In this document: one piece after another, positions 1 through 11,266 of the stretch
Position numbering within the stretch: position 1 is the stretch's first letter
Layout: each line of letters begins with the position of its first letter
Assembly: GCA_963829055.1 (NCBI GenBank)
Contig: CAWHHI010000017.1
Coordinates: 128,001-192,000 of the forward strand
Length of the DNA stretch: 64,000 bases
Direction of reading: 5' to 3'
Origin: an uncultured Gemmatimonadaceae bacterium
GTDB taxonomy: Bacteria; Gemmatimonadota; Gemmatimonadetes; Gemmatimonadales; Gemmatimonadaceae
Translations under genes and position numbers: made by a program
Notes under the pieces: generated by a model
Told to the model about the DNA's origin: nothing
Database searches by the model: none
Seen by the model: the letters and a program-made list of their open reading frames with translations, nothing else

Positions 1-1143
1 GTGATCCTCGGCAAGACGAACCTGAGCGAGTGGGCGAACTTCCGATCGACTCACTCGACGAGTGGCTGGAGCGGACGGGGTGGGCAGACGAAGAACCCCT
101 ACGTCCTCGACCGCAACCCGTGTGGCTCGAGCTCAGGGACGGGCGCGTCGATCTCGGCCAACCTCGCCGCGGTAGGTGTCGGGACGGAGACGGACGGCTC
201 GATCGTGTGTCCGTCGTCGGCGAACGGCCTCGTGGGCATCAAGCCCACGGTAGGCCTCGTGAGCCGGTCCGGCATCATTCCCATCTCGCACAGTCAGGAC
301 ACGGCCGGTCCAATGGCCCGCACGGTCACGGACGCGGCGGCGTTGCTCGCCGTGCTGAGTGGTGTTGACCCACGCGATACCGCGACCGCTGCGTCGCGCG
401 GCAAGTCGACGTCGGACTACGCTCGCGTCCTGAATGCCGGCGCGCTCAAGGGCGCGCGCATCGGCGTCGCCCGCAGCTTCTTCGGCTTCAGCGACGCCGT
501 CGACCGCGTGATGAGTGAGGCCATCGCGGCCATGAAATCCGCCGGCGCCACGATCGTCGACCCCGCGAACATCGCCACCGCCGGCAAGTTCGATGATGCC
601 GAATCGGATGTGCTGCACTTCGAGTTCAAGACGGACCTCAATGCGTATCTCGCCGCGTTAGGCCCGAAGGCGCCTCACAAGGACCTGGCCTCGCTCATCG
701 CGTTCAACGAGCAGAACAAGGACCGCGAGATGCCGTACTTCGGCCAGGAGACGTTCATCAAGGCGCAGGCGAAGGGTCCGCTCACGAGTCCGGCGTACAA
801 GGCAGCCCGCGACAAGTGCATTCGCCTGTCACGCACCGAAGGCATTGACGCCACGCTCGCGAAGTATCGGCTGTCGGCGATCATCGCGCCCACGGGCGGA
901 CCGGCGTGGCCGACCGATCTCCTGAATGGCGATCACTTCACCGGCGGAAGCTCGACACCGTCAGCCGTGTCGGGGTACCCCAGCGTCACGGTGCCGGCGG
1001 GTTGGGTGCACGGCTTACCCGTCGGGCTCTCGTTCATCGGCGCGCAGTGGAGCGATGCCGCGCTCGTTGGTCTCGCGTACGCGTTCGAGCAGGCGACGAA
1101 GGTGCGGAAGCCGCCGCGCTTCCTGCCGAGCGTCAGGCTGTAG
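1..1143 (+). CDS. Amidase (amidase-signature family), 5' end outside window
   Basis: GKTNLSEWAN, CGSSSG, GTETDGSIVCP and GLPVGL motifs. Confidence 0.93.
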   Translation: MILGKTNLSEWANFRSTHSTSGWSGRGGQTKNPYVLDRNPCGSSSGTGASISANLAAVGVGTETDGSIVCPSSANGLVGIKPTVGLVSRSGIIPISHSQDTAGPMARTVTDAAALLAVLSGVDPRDTATAASRGKSTSDYARVLNAGALKGARIGVARSFFGFSDAVDRVMSEAIAAMKSAGATIVDPANIATAGKFDDAESDVLHFEFKTDLNAYLAALGPKAPHKDLASLIAFNEQNKDREMPYFGQETFIKAQAKGPLTSPAYKAARDKCIRLSRTEGIDATLAKYRLSAIIAPTGGPAWPTDLLNGDHFTGGSSTPSAVSGYPSVTVPAGWVHGLPVGLSFIGAQWSDAALVGLAYAFEQATKVRKPPRFLPSVRL

Positions 1144-1203
1144 ACCGCTGGCGCGTTAGGCCGCGGTTCGTTCGCGGACGCTGACGCGCTACTCGCTGAC
1201 GCG

Positions 1204-3373
1204 CTACTTGCGCTTGAGTCGACGCACCGCGTCGCGCAGCTCGGCGGTGCGCGCCGAGGCCATTTCCGCGAAGCATTCGGATTGCGCCTGCGCCCAGAAC
1301 GGCCCGCCGCCCGAGGGGGCCTGACGCGGGCACTCGCTCTCGCGGACGCCGAGCCACACGCGTTGCTCGACACGGATACGCTGCACCGTCGGCGGATCCG
1401 GCGCGCCTAACGGCGTGCCGGCCACGCGTCGCATCTCGTCCACGAGCGACTCGAACGTGCGATTGAGTGGCGCGTCGCCAATCTCGATGTACGCGGCGAG
1501 GCAGGCGCGCTGATCCGCCGTCGCGGCGATGCGACACCGAGGGATCGGGCCAGCGCCATCGCCGGACGACGCTCCTTTTTTCGGCCTCGGTGGTGGAATC
1601 TTGAACGGGTCCTCGATCGGTGCGCTGGCCCTGGCCGTAGAGTCAGGGTCCGGAGGCGTCGCGGCGGTAGCGGGTAGCGCTGCGTTGTTGGAGTCGGCGT
1701 TCGGCGCGGGCGGCTTTGCGGATGCTACCGCGCGATTGCTGTCGCCCCGCGTCTTGCGACGCGCGCGCGACGGCGCCTTCGCGGTCGGGGCCGCGCCTCT
1801 ACGCGTCTCACGCACGACGGGCTGCTTTCCTGGCGCCGGTGTGCTCTTGTCAGTCGCCGGCATCGTCACGGCGACGCTGCTCCCACCCGTGATGCCGCTC
1901 GCGCGTGGCGCGGGATTCTCCGGGGGAGGCGCGGCCATCAAGCCGCCGGACGACGGCGCAGCTGGCGGAGTAGCCGAGTCGCTGCACGATGCTCCCAGCG
2001 CTCGTCGTTACGCGACTCGATCCAGGCGCTCGCCCCGCACCGTCCCGTGCGCTGCCGCTGAGCATGATGAACAGCGACGCCGCAGCCAGGGTGAGCGGAA
2101 CGACGAGTCCGACGGCCTGCAGCATTCGCCTGCGGCGGGTCGTGAACGCGAACGGTGACTCCGCGTTAGGTGCCGCGGCATCGTCGCGCTCGACGACCTT
2201 CGTCATCGCCGGCAGCAGAATCCGGGTCGGCGCCTCGTCAGAGTCACGCGGCGCACTCCCGAGCGCGCTCGATTGAACTGGCGGGACCAGCATCATCGGT
2301 TCCGCGCGGGCTGTGACCGCCGCTGATTCGCGGTGCGTCTCCGGCGGAGGCGTTATCGGCGCCACTGCGCCCACCTCTGCCTCGCGATGCAGGCCGGCGT
2401 GCACGTCGGTGCTGGCTGTCGGAACGTGGCTCGATTGGTCGGGGTCGATCGCGGCCGCGCGGAACTGGACCGTGGGCTGGTCGTCCATCGGCGACGCGCC
2501 CGGCGGGTACGTCTGCGCCAACACCGGCGGCGGATTGTACGTCAGCTGATCGAGAAACGCATCGATCGTCTGCCACCGGCGTGTCTTGTCCTTGATCAGC
2601 GCGCCTTCGATCGCGAACAGGAGGTTGGCCGGCACGCGTGGCCGGAGCGACGTGATGCGCGGCAGATCCTCGTGCTTCTGCTTGTAGATGATGCCGTACA
2701 GACTCTCGCCCGCCCACGGCCGACGTCCGGTGAGCAACTCCCAGCCGAGGACGCCGAGGCTGTAGATGTCGCTCCGGCCGTCGACCACCTCGCCATCGAT
2801 CTGCTCGGGCGACATGTACTGCGGCGTGCCTAACGCTGCGCCGAGGAGCGTGATGCCGCCTTCGCCGTCGATCGACCGCGCGATCCCGAAGTCGGAAAGG
2901 AGGGCGCGGCCCCGCGTGACGTCGAGGAAGATGTTCTCGGGTTTGACGTCGCGATGCACGATGCCGCGTCGGTGCGCGTACGCCAGCGCGCTGGCCACAT
3001 CCCGCAGGATGGCCTCCGCATCCTCGGCGCCTAACGAGCCGTGTTCGCGGAGCCGGTCACGGACGGTGCCGCCCGGCACGTGCTCCATGATGATCGCGAC
3101 GGCGCGGTCGTCGATCTGCTCGATGGCTTCGGTGCGGACGATGTTTGCATGGTCCAGGCCGGCAACCGTTCGCGCCTCGCGCGCGAAGCGACGGATGGCG
3201 TCGGGGTCGTCGAGGTACCGTCCGCGGATGGCCTTGATGGCGACGAGCCGCCCGCTGACGCGCTTGCGGGCGAGGTAGACAGCCGCCACTCCCCCGTGCC
3301 CGAGCTCTCGGATGAGCTCGTACTCGCGTTCGAGGGCGCGGAGGTCGGACGGAAAGTCGGCGTCGGTTGCCAT
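1204..3373 (-). CDS. Ser/Thr protein kinase with TM helix, Pro-rich linker and C-terminal LprI/DUF1311-like domain; frameshift near 1985
   Basis: LGHGG, VAIK, HRDVKPEN, DFG, GTPQYMSPE in ORF 1850..3373; C...QRAC...EQRVWL..R...C...C pattern in ORF 1204..1941. Confidence 0.82.
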
Positions 3374-3420
3374 CGATTCGGGGAAGCTATCCGGGTGTGA
3401 TGCGGGTTGTGTGCCGAAGG

Positions 3421-3467
3421 CGCCGGAGGGCGGAGGGCGGAGGGCGGAGGGCGGGGGCGGGAGCCGG
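3421..3467 (+). repeat. Heptamer tandem array (GGAGGGC)n, left arm of four-helix-bundle element
   Basis: ggagggcggagggcggagggcggagggcgggggc read directly. Confidence 0.85.
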
Positions 3468-3569
3468 TTTGCGGAAAGTTGCTTCGATACGCAATAAAAC
3501 GATGATAGGCGGGGCCGTAAGAGGCGATAGCATCACGCCTTCGATGCGACTCCTCCTCCTAGCCAGCCG

Positions 3570-3947
3570 ATGTCGACTCCCACGAGTTATCGCGATCTCG
3601 AAGTGTGGCAAAAATCCATGAAGCTCGCCGTCGCGATTTACACGATGACGGCCACGTTTCCCAAGCATGAGTTGTACGGCCTGACTTCGCAAATGAGGCG
3701 GGCCGCGGTCTCCGTACCGGCGAACATCGCTGAGGGACGTGGGCGGGGCTACCGAGGCGAGTTCGCGCACCACGCGTCTATAGCCCGTGGATCAGTGACA
3801 GAACTCGACACGTACCTGGAGCTCGCGCTACGACTCGGCTACCTCGATGCACACGTTGTCGAGTCACCGGTGCAGCTAGCGGATGATGTGAGTCGAATGC
3901 TGACTATGCTCATTCGCGCACTACGACGCCCTCAGCTTAAGAGATAA
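3570..3947 (+). CDS. Four-helix-bundle protein (TIGR02436 / 23S rRNA IVP family)
   Basis: YRDLEVWQK, FPKHELYGLTSQMRRAAVSVPANIAEG, IARGS..E motifs. Confidence 0.93.
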   Translation: MSTPTSYRDLEVWQKSMKLAVAIYTMTATFPKHELYGLTSQMRRAAVSVPANIAEGRGRGYRGEFAHHASIARGSVTELDTYLELALRLGYLDAHVVESPVQLADDVSRMLTMLIRALRRPQLKR

Positions 3948-3951
3948 GTTG

Positions 3952-3986
3952 TCCGCCCTCCGCCTTCCGCCCGACGCCTTCCGCTC
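3952..3986 (-). repeat. Heptamer array (CCGCCYT)n, inverted relative to 3421-3467
   Basis: tccgccctccgccttccgcccgacgccttccgct. Confidence 0.75.
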
Positions 3987-6208
3987 TAGGCCAGAGGCAA
4001 CCTCCTCACCCGCCTCCCCGTCGCCGCGAAAATCCCGTTCGCCACCGCCGGAGCGACCGGCGAGACCGGTGGCTCGCCCAACCCAGACGGCGGCTCCGCG
4101 CTGCGGACGAAATGCACCTCGATCACTGGCACCTCGCTCATACGTAACAGACGATAGTTGTTGAAGTTGCCCTGGTTCACGCGACCGCGATCGACCGTGA
4201 TCTCGCCGTACAGCGCCGCACTCAGCCCGTCGATCACGCCGCCCTGCACCTGCGCTTCGGCTCCACTCGCGTTGACCACCGTTCCGCAGTCCACCGCGGC
4301 CACGATCCGGTGCACCCGCGGCTTCCCAGCCGAGTCCACCGAGACCTCCGCCACGTGCGCGACGTAGCTCCCGAACGTGAAGTGCGCGGCGATGCCGCGT
4401 CCTCGACCACGCGGGAGCGGTGTGCCCCATCCGGACCGATCCGCGGCCAGTCGGAGGACGTTCGCGAGCCGACCCGTATCGAATGTGGGCCCGCCGTGGT
4501 CCGCGTACGGGAGGCGCCGGGGCGCGCCGAGCATCGCGAGTCGGAACGCGAGCGGGTCGCGACCGGCGAGATGCGCCAGCTCATCGATCGCGCTTTGCAC
4601 CACGAACGCGTTCGCCGAGTGGAGCGTCGCACGCCAGGCGCCGACCGGAATGACCGATGCCACGCGCGTGTACTCGAGCCGTACGTTAGGCAGCAGGCGC
4701 GCGGGAAAATCGTCCGGGTAGAGCTCCGACTTGTACGGGGTTGGGCCGGCCGGCGAACGCATAACGCGACGTGTTCGCGAGATGGTGCGCCCATGCGATG
4801 GGGGCGCCGGCAGCATCGAGCGCCGCGCGCACCCGGTGCACGCCCGCGGGGCGGTAGTAGTCGTGCTGGAGATCGTCCTCGCGCGTGCGGACCACCTTGA
4901 TCGGCGCGGCCATCGCCTTGGAGAGGTACGCCGCCTCCGCCGCATAGTCCGACATGAGTCGCCGCCCGAACCCTCCTCCGGCTCGTTCCATGTGCACCGT
5001 CACATTCGCTGGCGGAATGCCGACGACGCGCGCCGCGAGCGCCTGTGCATCACCAGGACTCTGCGCCGTTCCCCACAGCTCGACGCGATCACCGCGAACG
5101 TCCGCCGTGAAGTTCACCGGCTCCATGGGGACGTGCGCGATGAACGGAATCTCGTACACGACGTTCAGTGTCCGCGCCGCGACCGCGATGACCGCGTCGA
5201 CATCACCGTCATCGCGAATGCGTTCGCCCGGTCGTTCGAGCGCCGCATGGAAGCTGGCGACGAGCTCGGCCGACGTCGCGCCGACGATTCCAGGGTCGCT
5301 CCATGTCACCACGAGCGCCCGCCGCCCTTCGAACGCAGCCCACGTGTTATCGGCGACAACGGCAACGCCTTCACGCAGCTCGACGGGATTGTCACGCGGC
5401 GTTAGGCGCACGACGCGGCGGACACCCGGTACGGCGAGCGCCCGTGTGTCATCCACACTCACGAGGCGCGCCCCGAACGGCGCGTGCACGATACTGGCAA
5501 TGAGCATTCCCGGTAGCGAGACATCGATGCCGATAGCGCTGCGTCCCGCGTGCGATGGCCCGTGCGTCCACGTTGCGAACACGCGTCCCGACGAGACGGA
5601 AATCCTATCGCGCTTGAGCGGCACGTCGGACGGGACGCGCACGGTCGCGGCGTCAGCGGCGAGTGCGCCGTAGCCGAGTCGTCGGCCGGTCGGGCCATGA
5701 ATGACGGTGCCGTGTTCGGTGCGACACGCGGCCGGCTCGACGCCCCACCGCGCAGCCGCGGCCGCGACGAGCGCATAACGCGCGGCGGCGCCGGCGCGGC
5801 GGAGCGCCGACCAGTTCGAGCTCACGCCGGTGCTGCCACCGGTGAACTGGTCACCGAATCGCGAGTCGAACGCAGCCTGGATGACGCGCACTGTGTCCCA
5901 CGGCGACGTCGAGCTCTTCGGCGACGATCATGGGAAGCGCGGTCTTGGTTCCGGTGCCGATCTCGGGATTCTTGGCGGCAATGATGACGACGCCGTCGGG
6001 CTCGATCTCGATGAACGCACCGATCCGTGCGGCCGAGGCAGACCGGGTCGCCCGGTTTGGTCGGCGGAAGCCACACGGTGACGGCGACCCCGCCGGCGGC
6101 GGTGGCACCAAGGCGGATGAAGCTGCGGCGATCGAGTGACGGTGGCACTGACGCGGGTTCCACGAAGCGTCTCGCGAGAGGATTCGAGACGTTATGCGAT
6201 GCGCTCAC
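3986..6208 (-). CDS. Xanthine dehydrogenase-family molybdopterin subunit (IorB-like), Tat signal; several frameshifts
   Basis: [55 protein letters not shown] across four ORF pieces. Confidence 0.88.
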
Positions 6209-6277
6209 CGCGCAGCAACGCGGTTGGGACGAGGACGGCAGTATTTACACAAATACCACACTGCCCACGGGACTGCC

Positions 6278-6430
6278 GCTGGTTGCTGGGTGGTCGTGCT
6301 TGTTGCTGGGTGACGCTGGGTGCTTTGCGAGCAGCGAGCAGCGCGTGGGTCGCTGGCCAGTAATAGCAGCAGCGGGCAGCGTGCGGCCGCAGCATGCAGC
6401 CGTCGGCAGATGTGTCCAGCAGCGTGCAGC
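6278..6430 (+). repeat. Dispersed repeat family E, longest copy
   Basis: aatagcagcagcgggcagcgtgcggccgcagcatgcagccgtcggca core shared with 21567-21663 and inverted at 25111-25202. Confidence 0.8.
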
Positions 6431-6437
6431 TGCTCTG

Positions 6438-9008
6438 CTACTGCTTCCTGATCCGTCGCGTCGGTGTCGCAGTCATGGGATCGTCCGGCCAGTGATGCTT
6501 GGGGTAGCGTCCTCGCAGCTCCTTCCGAACGTCGAAGTAGGACGTGCGCCAGAACCCAGCCAGGTCACGCGTCACCTGCACCGGCCGCTGTGCCGGCGAC
6601 AGCAGGTGGACCGTCAGCGGCACCGCCCCGCGCGCAATGCGCGGCGTATCCGCCAGGCCGAACATCTCCTGCAGTCGCACCGCGAGCACCGGGGCCGAGG
6701 CGTCACCGTAGTCGATCGCGATCCGACTCCCGCTCGGAACCGTGATGTGGGTCGGCGCGAGATCGTCGAGCAGCGCGCGCCGGTCCCACGGCAGTTGCGA
6801 CAGCAGCGCACCCGCGAGATCGATGCGACCGAGATCATCGAGCGACCGCGCGCCGCGTACGTGCGGCGCCAGCCACTCGCCTAACGTCTCGAGCAGCGCC
6901 GCATCCGACACGTCCGGCCACGTCGCGTCCACGCCATGCATGAACGCCAGGCGCTCACGCAGCGATCGCGCGCCACCACTCCACGGCAGCGCCTCGATCC
7001 CCTCCCGGCGCACACCTTCGAGCAGCGCCGCCGTGGTTGCCTCAGGGTCAGCATCCCGCAATGGACGCTCGACGAGCACGATGGCACCCAGCCGCTCGCG
7101 CTCACGCGCGACCACCGCGCGCTCACGCGCGTCCCACATGGTCTCGCGCTCGCGTGTGACCTGGTCGGCGAAGTGGTGTTCGATGTCCTCGAGCTCGAGC
7201 GCGGCGGCGAGAAAGATCCGGCTCTCCGGTCGTCGCCCGTCGAGCTCGACGGCCACGATGAATGGCGCGTCGGACAGCGACTGCGCGCCCTGCAGCACGG
7301 CCCCGTTTCCGTTGCGCAGCAGAAACCGCCCGGACCTCGGCGCACGGAGTTGGCCGATGCGATCCGGATACGCGAACGCGAGCAGTAGTCCGACCGACGC
7401 ATCGCCGTCGCGCTGGCCAGGTGCACGTGCGACGACGGCGTTGCCTAACGCTGAGCGTAGCCGGTCGGATTCCGTCCGGATGCGCCGAACGGCGTCGCCA
7501 TCGACCGAGTGACCCGGTGACGACACGGCGCGCGATCCGCGAATCAACGGCAGCCTCGTCTCGACGTCGGCGTCCGGCGCCGAACCGGCATCGACGCGCA
7601 GCGGATCGCGCTCGCTGAGCAACGCCGCGAGGTCACAGGCGAGACCGATGCTGCCTGACGCCCGTGCCTGGAGCACCATGTGCGCGAGGCGGGGGTGCAT
7701 CGGCAGCTCCGCCATGCGCTGCCCGTGCGGCGTGATCCGCGGCGCCGCGCTCGATGCACTCGACCCGCGATCAGTCGCCGGCGGCGCGGCGATGGCACCC
7801 AGCTCTTCCAGGAGCTCGCGTGCCTGAGCGTACGACGCCGCGGGTGGTTGATCGAGCCATCGCAACCCCGACGGATCACTGATTCCCGCAGCCGCCAGCT
7901 CGAGCGCAACGGGCGCCAGATCGGCCTCGAGGATCTCGGGCGCGGTGTGCGCGACGAGATGGTGTTGCTCGTGCTCCGCCCAGAGCCGATAGCACACGCC
8001 GGGCGCGACGCGTCCGGCCCGCCCTCGCCTCTGATCTGCCGACGCCTGTGACACGCGCACCGTCTCGAGCCGCGTCATGCCCGTGCGCGGCGAGAACCGC
8101 GGTACGCGGGACACTCCGCTGTCGATCACCACCCGCACGCCCTCGATGGTCAGACTCGTTTCAGCGATGGACGTCGCGAGCACGACCTTGCGCTCCCCAG
8201 GAGCGACTCGGAGCGATCGCGGCGTCCTGCGCTTCGCCCGACAGGCTGCCATGCAGCGGGTAGACGTGCGTGCGCGGCGGCAGCGCTCCGCTCACGAGCA
8301 GGTCGTGAGCGCGTCGAATCTCGCCGGCGCCAGGGAGGAAGACGAGTACGTCACCGTCATCCGCGCCGAGCGCACGCCTAACGACTGAGGCGACAGCGTC
8401 CTCGAGGCGAACGTCGGGCCGGCGCTCGATGTAACGCGTCTCGACCGGGAAGGCGCGACCCTCGCTCGTGATGACCGGCGCGTCACCCAGCAGTCCGCGC
8501 GACGCGAGCGCCATCGAGCGTCGCCGACATGACGAGAACGCGCAGCTCGGGCCGGAGCACATCGCGCGTCTCGAGTGTGAGCGCGAGCGCGAGATCGGCG
8601 TCGAGGCTCCGCTCGTGGAACTCGTCGAAGATGACGAGGCCCACGCCGTCGAGCGACGAGTCGCGCTGGAGCATGCGCGTGAGGATGCCTTCGGTGACGA
8701 CCTCGATGCGCGTGCTTCGTCCGACACGCGACTCTCCGCGCACGCGAAATCCGACGGTGTCCCCTACCCGCTCGCCGCGCACGGACGCCATGCGCCGAGC
8801 GGCCGCCCGCGTCGCGAGCCGCCGCGGCTCGAGCATGAGGATGCGCTGGGAGCCGAGCCAGGGCGCGCCAAGCAGGGCGAGCGGCACGCCGGTGGTCTTC
8901 CCCGCCCCCGGCGGCGCCTGCAGCACCGCACTCGTGCCGTCGCCTAACGCCGCGGCCAGGGCGGGGATGACGGCGTCGATCGGCAGCGTGACGGACGGAG
9001 GACGGGCA
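6438..9008 (-). CDS. hrpB: ATP-dependent helicase HrpB; frameshifts, start approximate
   Basis: LPID, QAPPGAGKTT, EPRRLA, DEFHERS, MSATLD, FLPG, ATSIAETSLTIEG, QRRGRAGR, RGRYPKHHWPDDP. Confidence 0.93.
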
Positions 9009-9036
9009 CGCCGAAGTGTAAACGGCCGCCGATGGC

Positions 9037-9142
9037 GTCATCCCGCAGGAGCAAACGCGACGAGGGACCTCCTGTAGCGTCATCGTAGCCAGTCCAGCCA
9101 CGATGGCGGTCGAGAAGGTCCCTCGCTGACGCTCGGGATGAC
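9037..9142. repeat. Palindromic repeat family B (GTCATYCCG...CGGRATGAC)
   Basis: Terminal inverted repeat plus internal cgagggacct/aggtccctcg stem. Confidence 0.75.
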
Positions 9143-9223
9143 ACGCTTTCTCCGCCATCCGGTCGCCTCCAGCCTCCTTCCTACGGCCTCCTTCCTACGG
9201 TCTCCTTCCTCCTGCCTCGGCCG

Positions 9224-9920
9224 CTATTCCTTCGTCCCTCGAATCACCGGCTTGAACAGCAGCCCGTTCTGGTCGATCGTGCCACCGCGCACGACGAAGC
9301 TCTTGCTCACGTCGAACTTCACCACGAGCGTGCTCGTCGCGCCTTCCGTCACGTCCACCGCGCCACCCGAGAGCTTGATCTTGATGCCCGTCTTCGCCGC
9401 GCTCGGGAACTTGAGCCCCACGATCGACTCACCGCCGATCACCGTGTTCGTCTCGTCGTTCAACGTCACGCTCGACTTCGCGGGATCGATGATCAGTCGA
9501 AAGCCGTTGTAGGAACCCGCCGCCACCTCCGCGTCGCCGAGGAACGTGTTCGTGCCGTCCGCGAGCTTCATGAGATCGAACAGCGCGTTCGGCTCGGCCA
9601 CCGTCACCCAGCCGCCCTGCTCCGATTCCGATTCCTCGGTGGCCGCGGCCGCATCGTCGTCCGTCGGCTCCTGACGCTTCGCATCGATGCGCACGACGAA
9701 GATGTCGACGCTCTTCACCGAACCCGCGGGAAGCGGCGATTCAGTCATCCGGCCCGCCGACGTCGCCGCGACGAGCTGCGACAGCGCCGCGACGGACTCG
9801 TTCGTCAATCGCACACCGACCGTACCCGTACCGGCACCCGTCGAATCACTGCAGGCCGCGGCGCCGAACAGCGCCGTGGTCGAAAGGGCAATGACGTGCA
9901 AGACGGTTCGAACCGATCAT
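9224..9920 (-). CDS. DUF4382-family lipoprotein; probable 5' frameshift
   Basis: Lipobox AAAC, VRLT, FDLMKL, G.Y..RL, LKFPSA..TGIK, FDVSKSFV, FKPVI; GGAGG before ATG at 9920. Confidence 0.75.
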
Positions 9921-10155
9921 GCATTCCTCCTCTATGAACTCACGTTGGCGAACTCGCGCGGTCGCCCGTGGCGTCGCGCAGCGCCCAGACACGATCGCGG
10001 AGCGCGCACCGACCGTGCGGTGACTGCACGAGAGCCAGCTCATGTGATTCGCCTCACGTTTCCCCTCGATCGGGCACTTCGTCCTCGTGATGCCGTCCCT
10101 CTCCTCGCACTCCGCGTCATGAGATCGCACGATCCGATCGCTCGCAGTCCCAACC

Positions 10156-11266
10156 ATGCGCATCGTGCGACGAGCCGCGCAATGCACGCTCGCGCTCTCG
10201 GGCCTCGTCGCTCTCGCATGCACCGGGCGAGGCGACGATGGCGGCGTCATTCGCATCGGCATCGCCGCCGACCTCAAGCGCCCGAACATGCAGACGGTGC
10301 TGCGAGGCGTCGAGCTGGCGATCGAGCGGCTGAATGCCGAGGGCAACGGTCGACGCTTCGAGATCGCGAAGCCTCCGACGACGGCGACCGGCGCCGTCGA
10401 GATCGCGGCCGCCCTGCGCGATGACCCGCGCGTCGTCGCGGTCGTCGGACCGGCCGACAGCCGGAGCAGCCGCGAATCGGCGCCGATCTTCGCCGACGAA
10501 GACGGCGGCGGTCGACGAGCGCTGGCAGCGGTATCGCCGACGTCGACGAGCATGTCGCTCACCGGCCTGAGTCCGTGGCTGTTCCGCGTCTGCCCGAGCG
10601 ACGCCGCCTCGAGCCGAGCCGCTGCGCGCTACGTGCTCGACTCGTTAGGCTTCCGCCGCGCGACGATCATGTACCGCAACGACTCCTACGGTCGCGGCTG
10701 GAGCACCGCGTTCACGCAGGCGTACAGCGCCGGCGGCGGCGAAGTGCTGGAGCGCAATCCGCACCTCGCCGACATGAACGAGTGGCGCGCGTATGCCGGC
10801 ATCGTGAAGCTCACGAAGCCCAACATCGTCCTGTTCCCCGGATCGCCGGCGGACCTCGCGGGCCTCGTCCGCTCGCTCCGCGCCATCGGCGCCGACACGC
10901 CCGTACTCGGCGGCGACGCGGTCTCCGAGCTCGAGGCGCAGGCCACGGAGTTCGCCGGGCGTTCGCTACATCGCGTTCTTCCAGGCGTCGCGCGTGCAGT
11001 CGAGCGAAGCGAAGGCGTTCGTCTCCGCGTTCGCGCGGAAGTACGGCGTCCCGCCGGAGCAGCGCTCGGCGCTCGCGTACGATGCCACCATGCTCATCGG
11101 CCACGCGGTGCTCGAGGGCGGCGCGACTCGGCCCCGTGTGCGTGAGTACCTCGCGTCCGTCGGCAACTCGCGACCGCCGGTATCCGGCGTGACCGGCCCG
11201 ATCTCGTTCGATCAGCAACACGACGTCGTCGACAAGCCGGTCGTGATCGCGACGGTGGGCAAGTGA
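10156..11266 (+). CDS. Branched-chain amino acid (LivJ-type) substrate-binding lipoprotein; frameshift near 10962
   Basis: Lipobox LAC, IRIG, FRVCPSD, NDSYGRG, ALAYDA, GVTGPISFD. Confidence 0.85.

Noticed and set aside
3570..3947. Diversity-generating retroelement or 23S rRNA intervening sequence
   Set aside because: No reverse transcriptase, template/variable repeat pair or rRNA sequence nearby.
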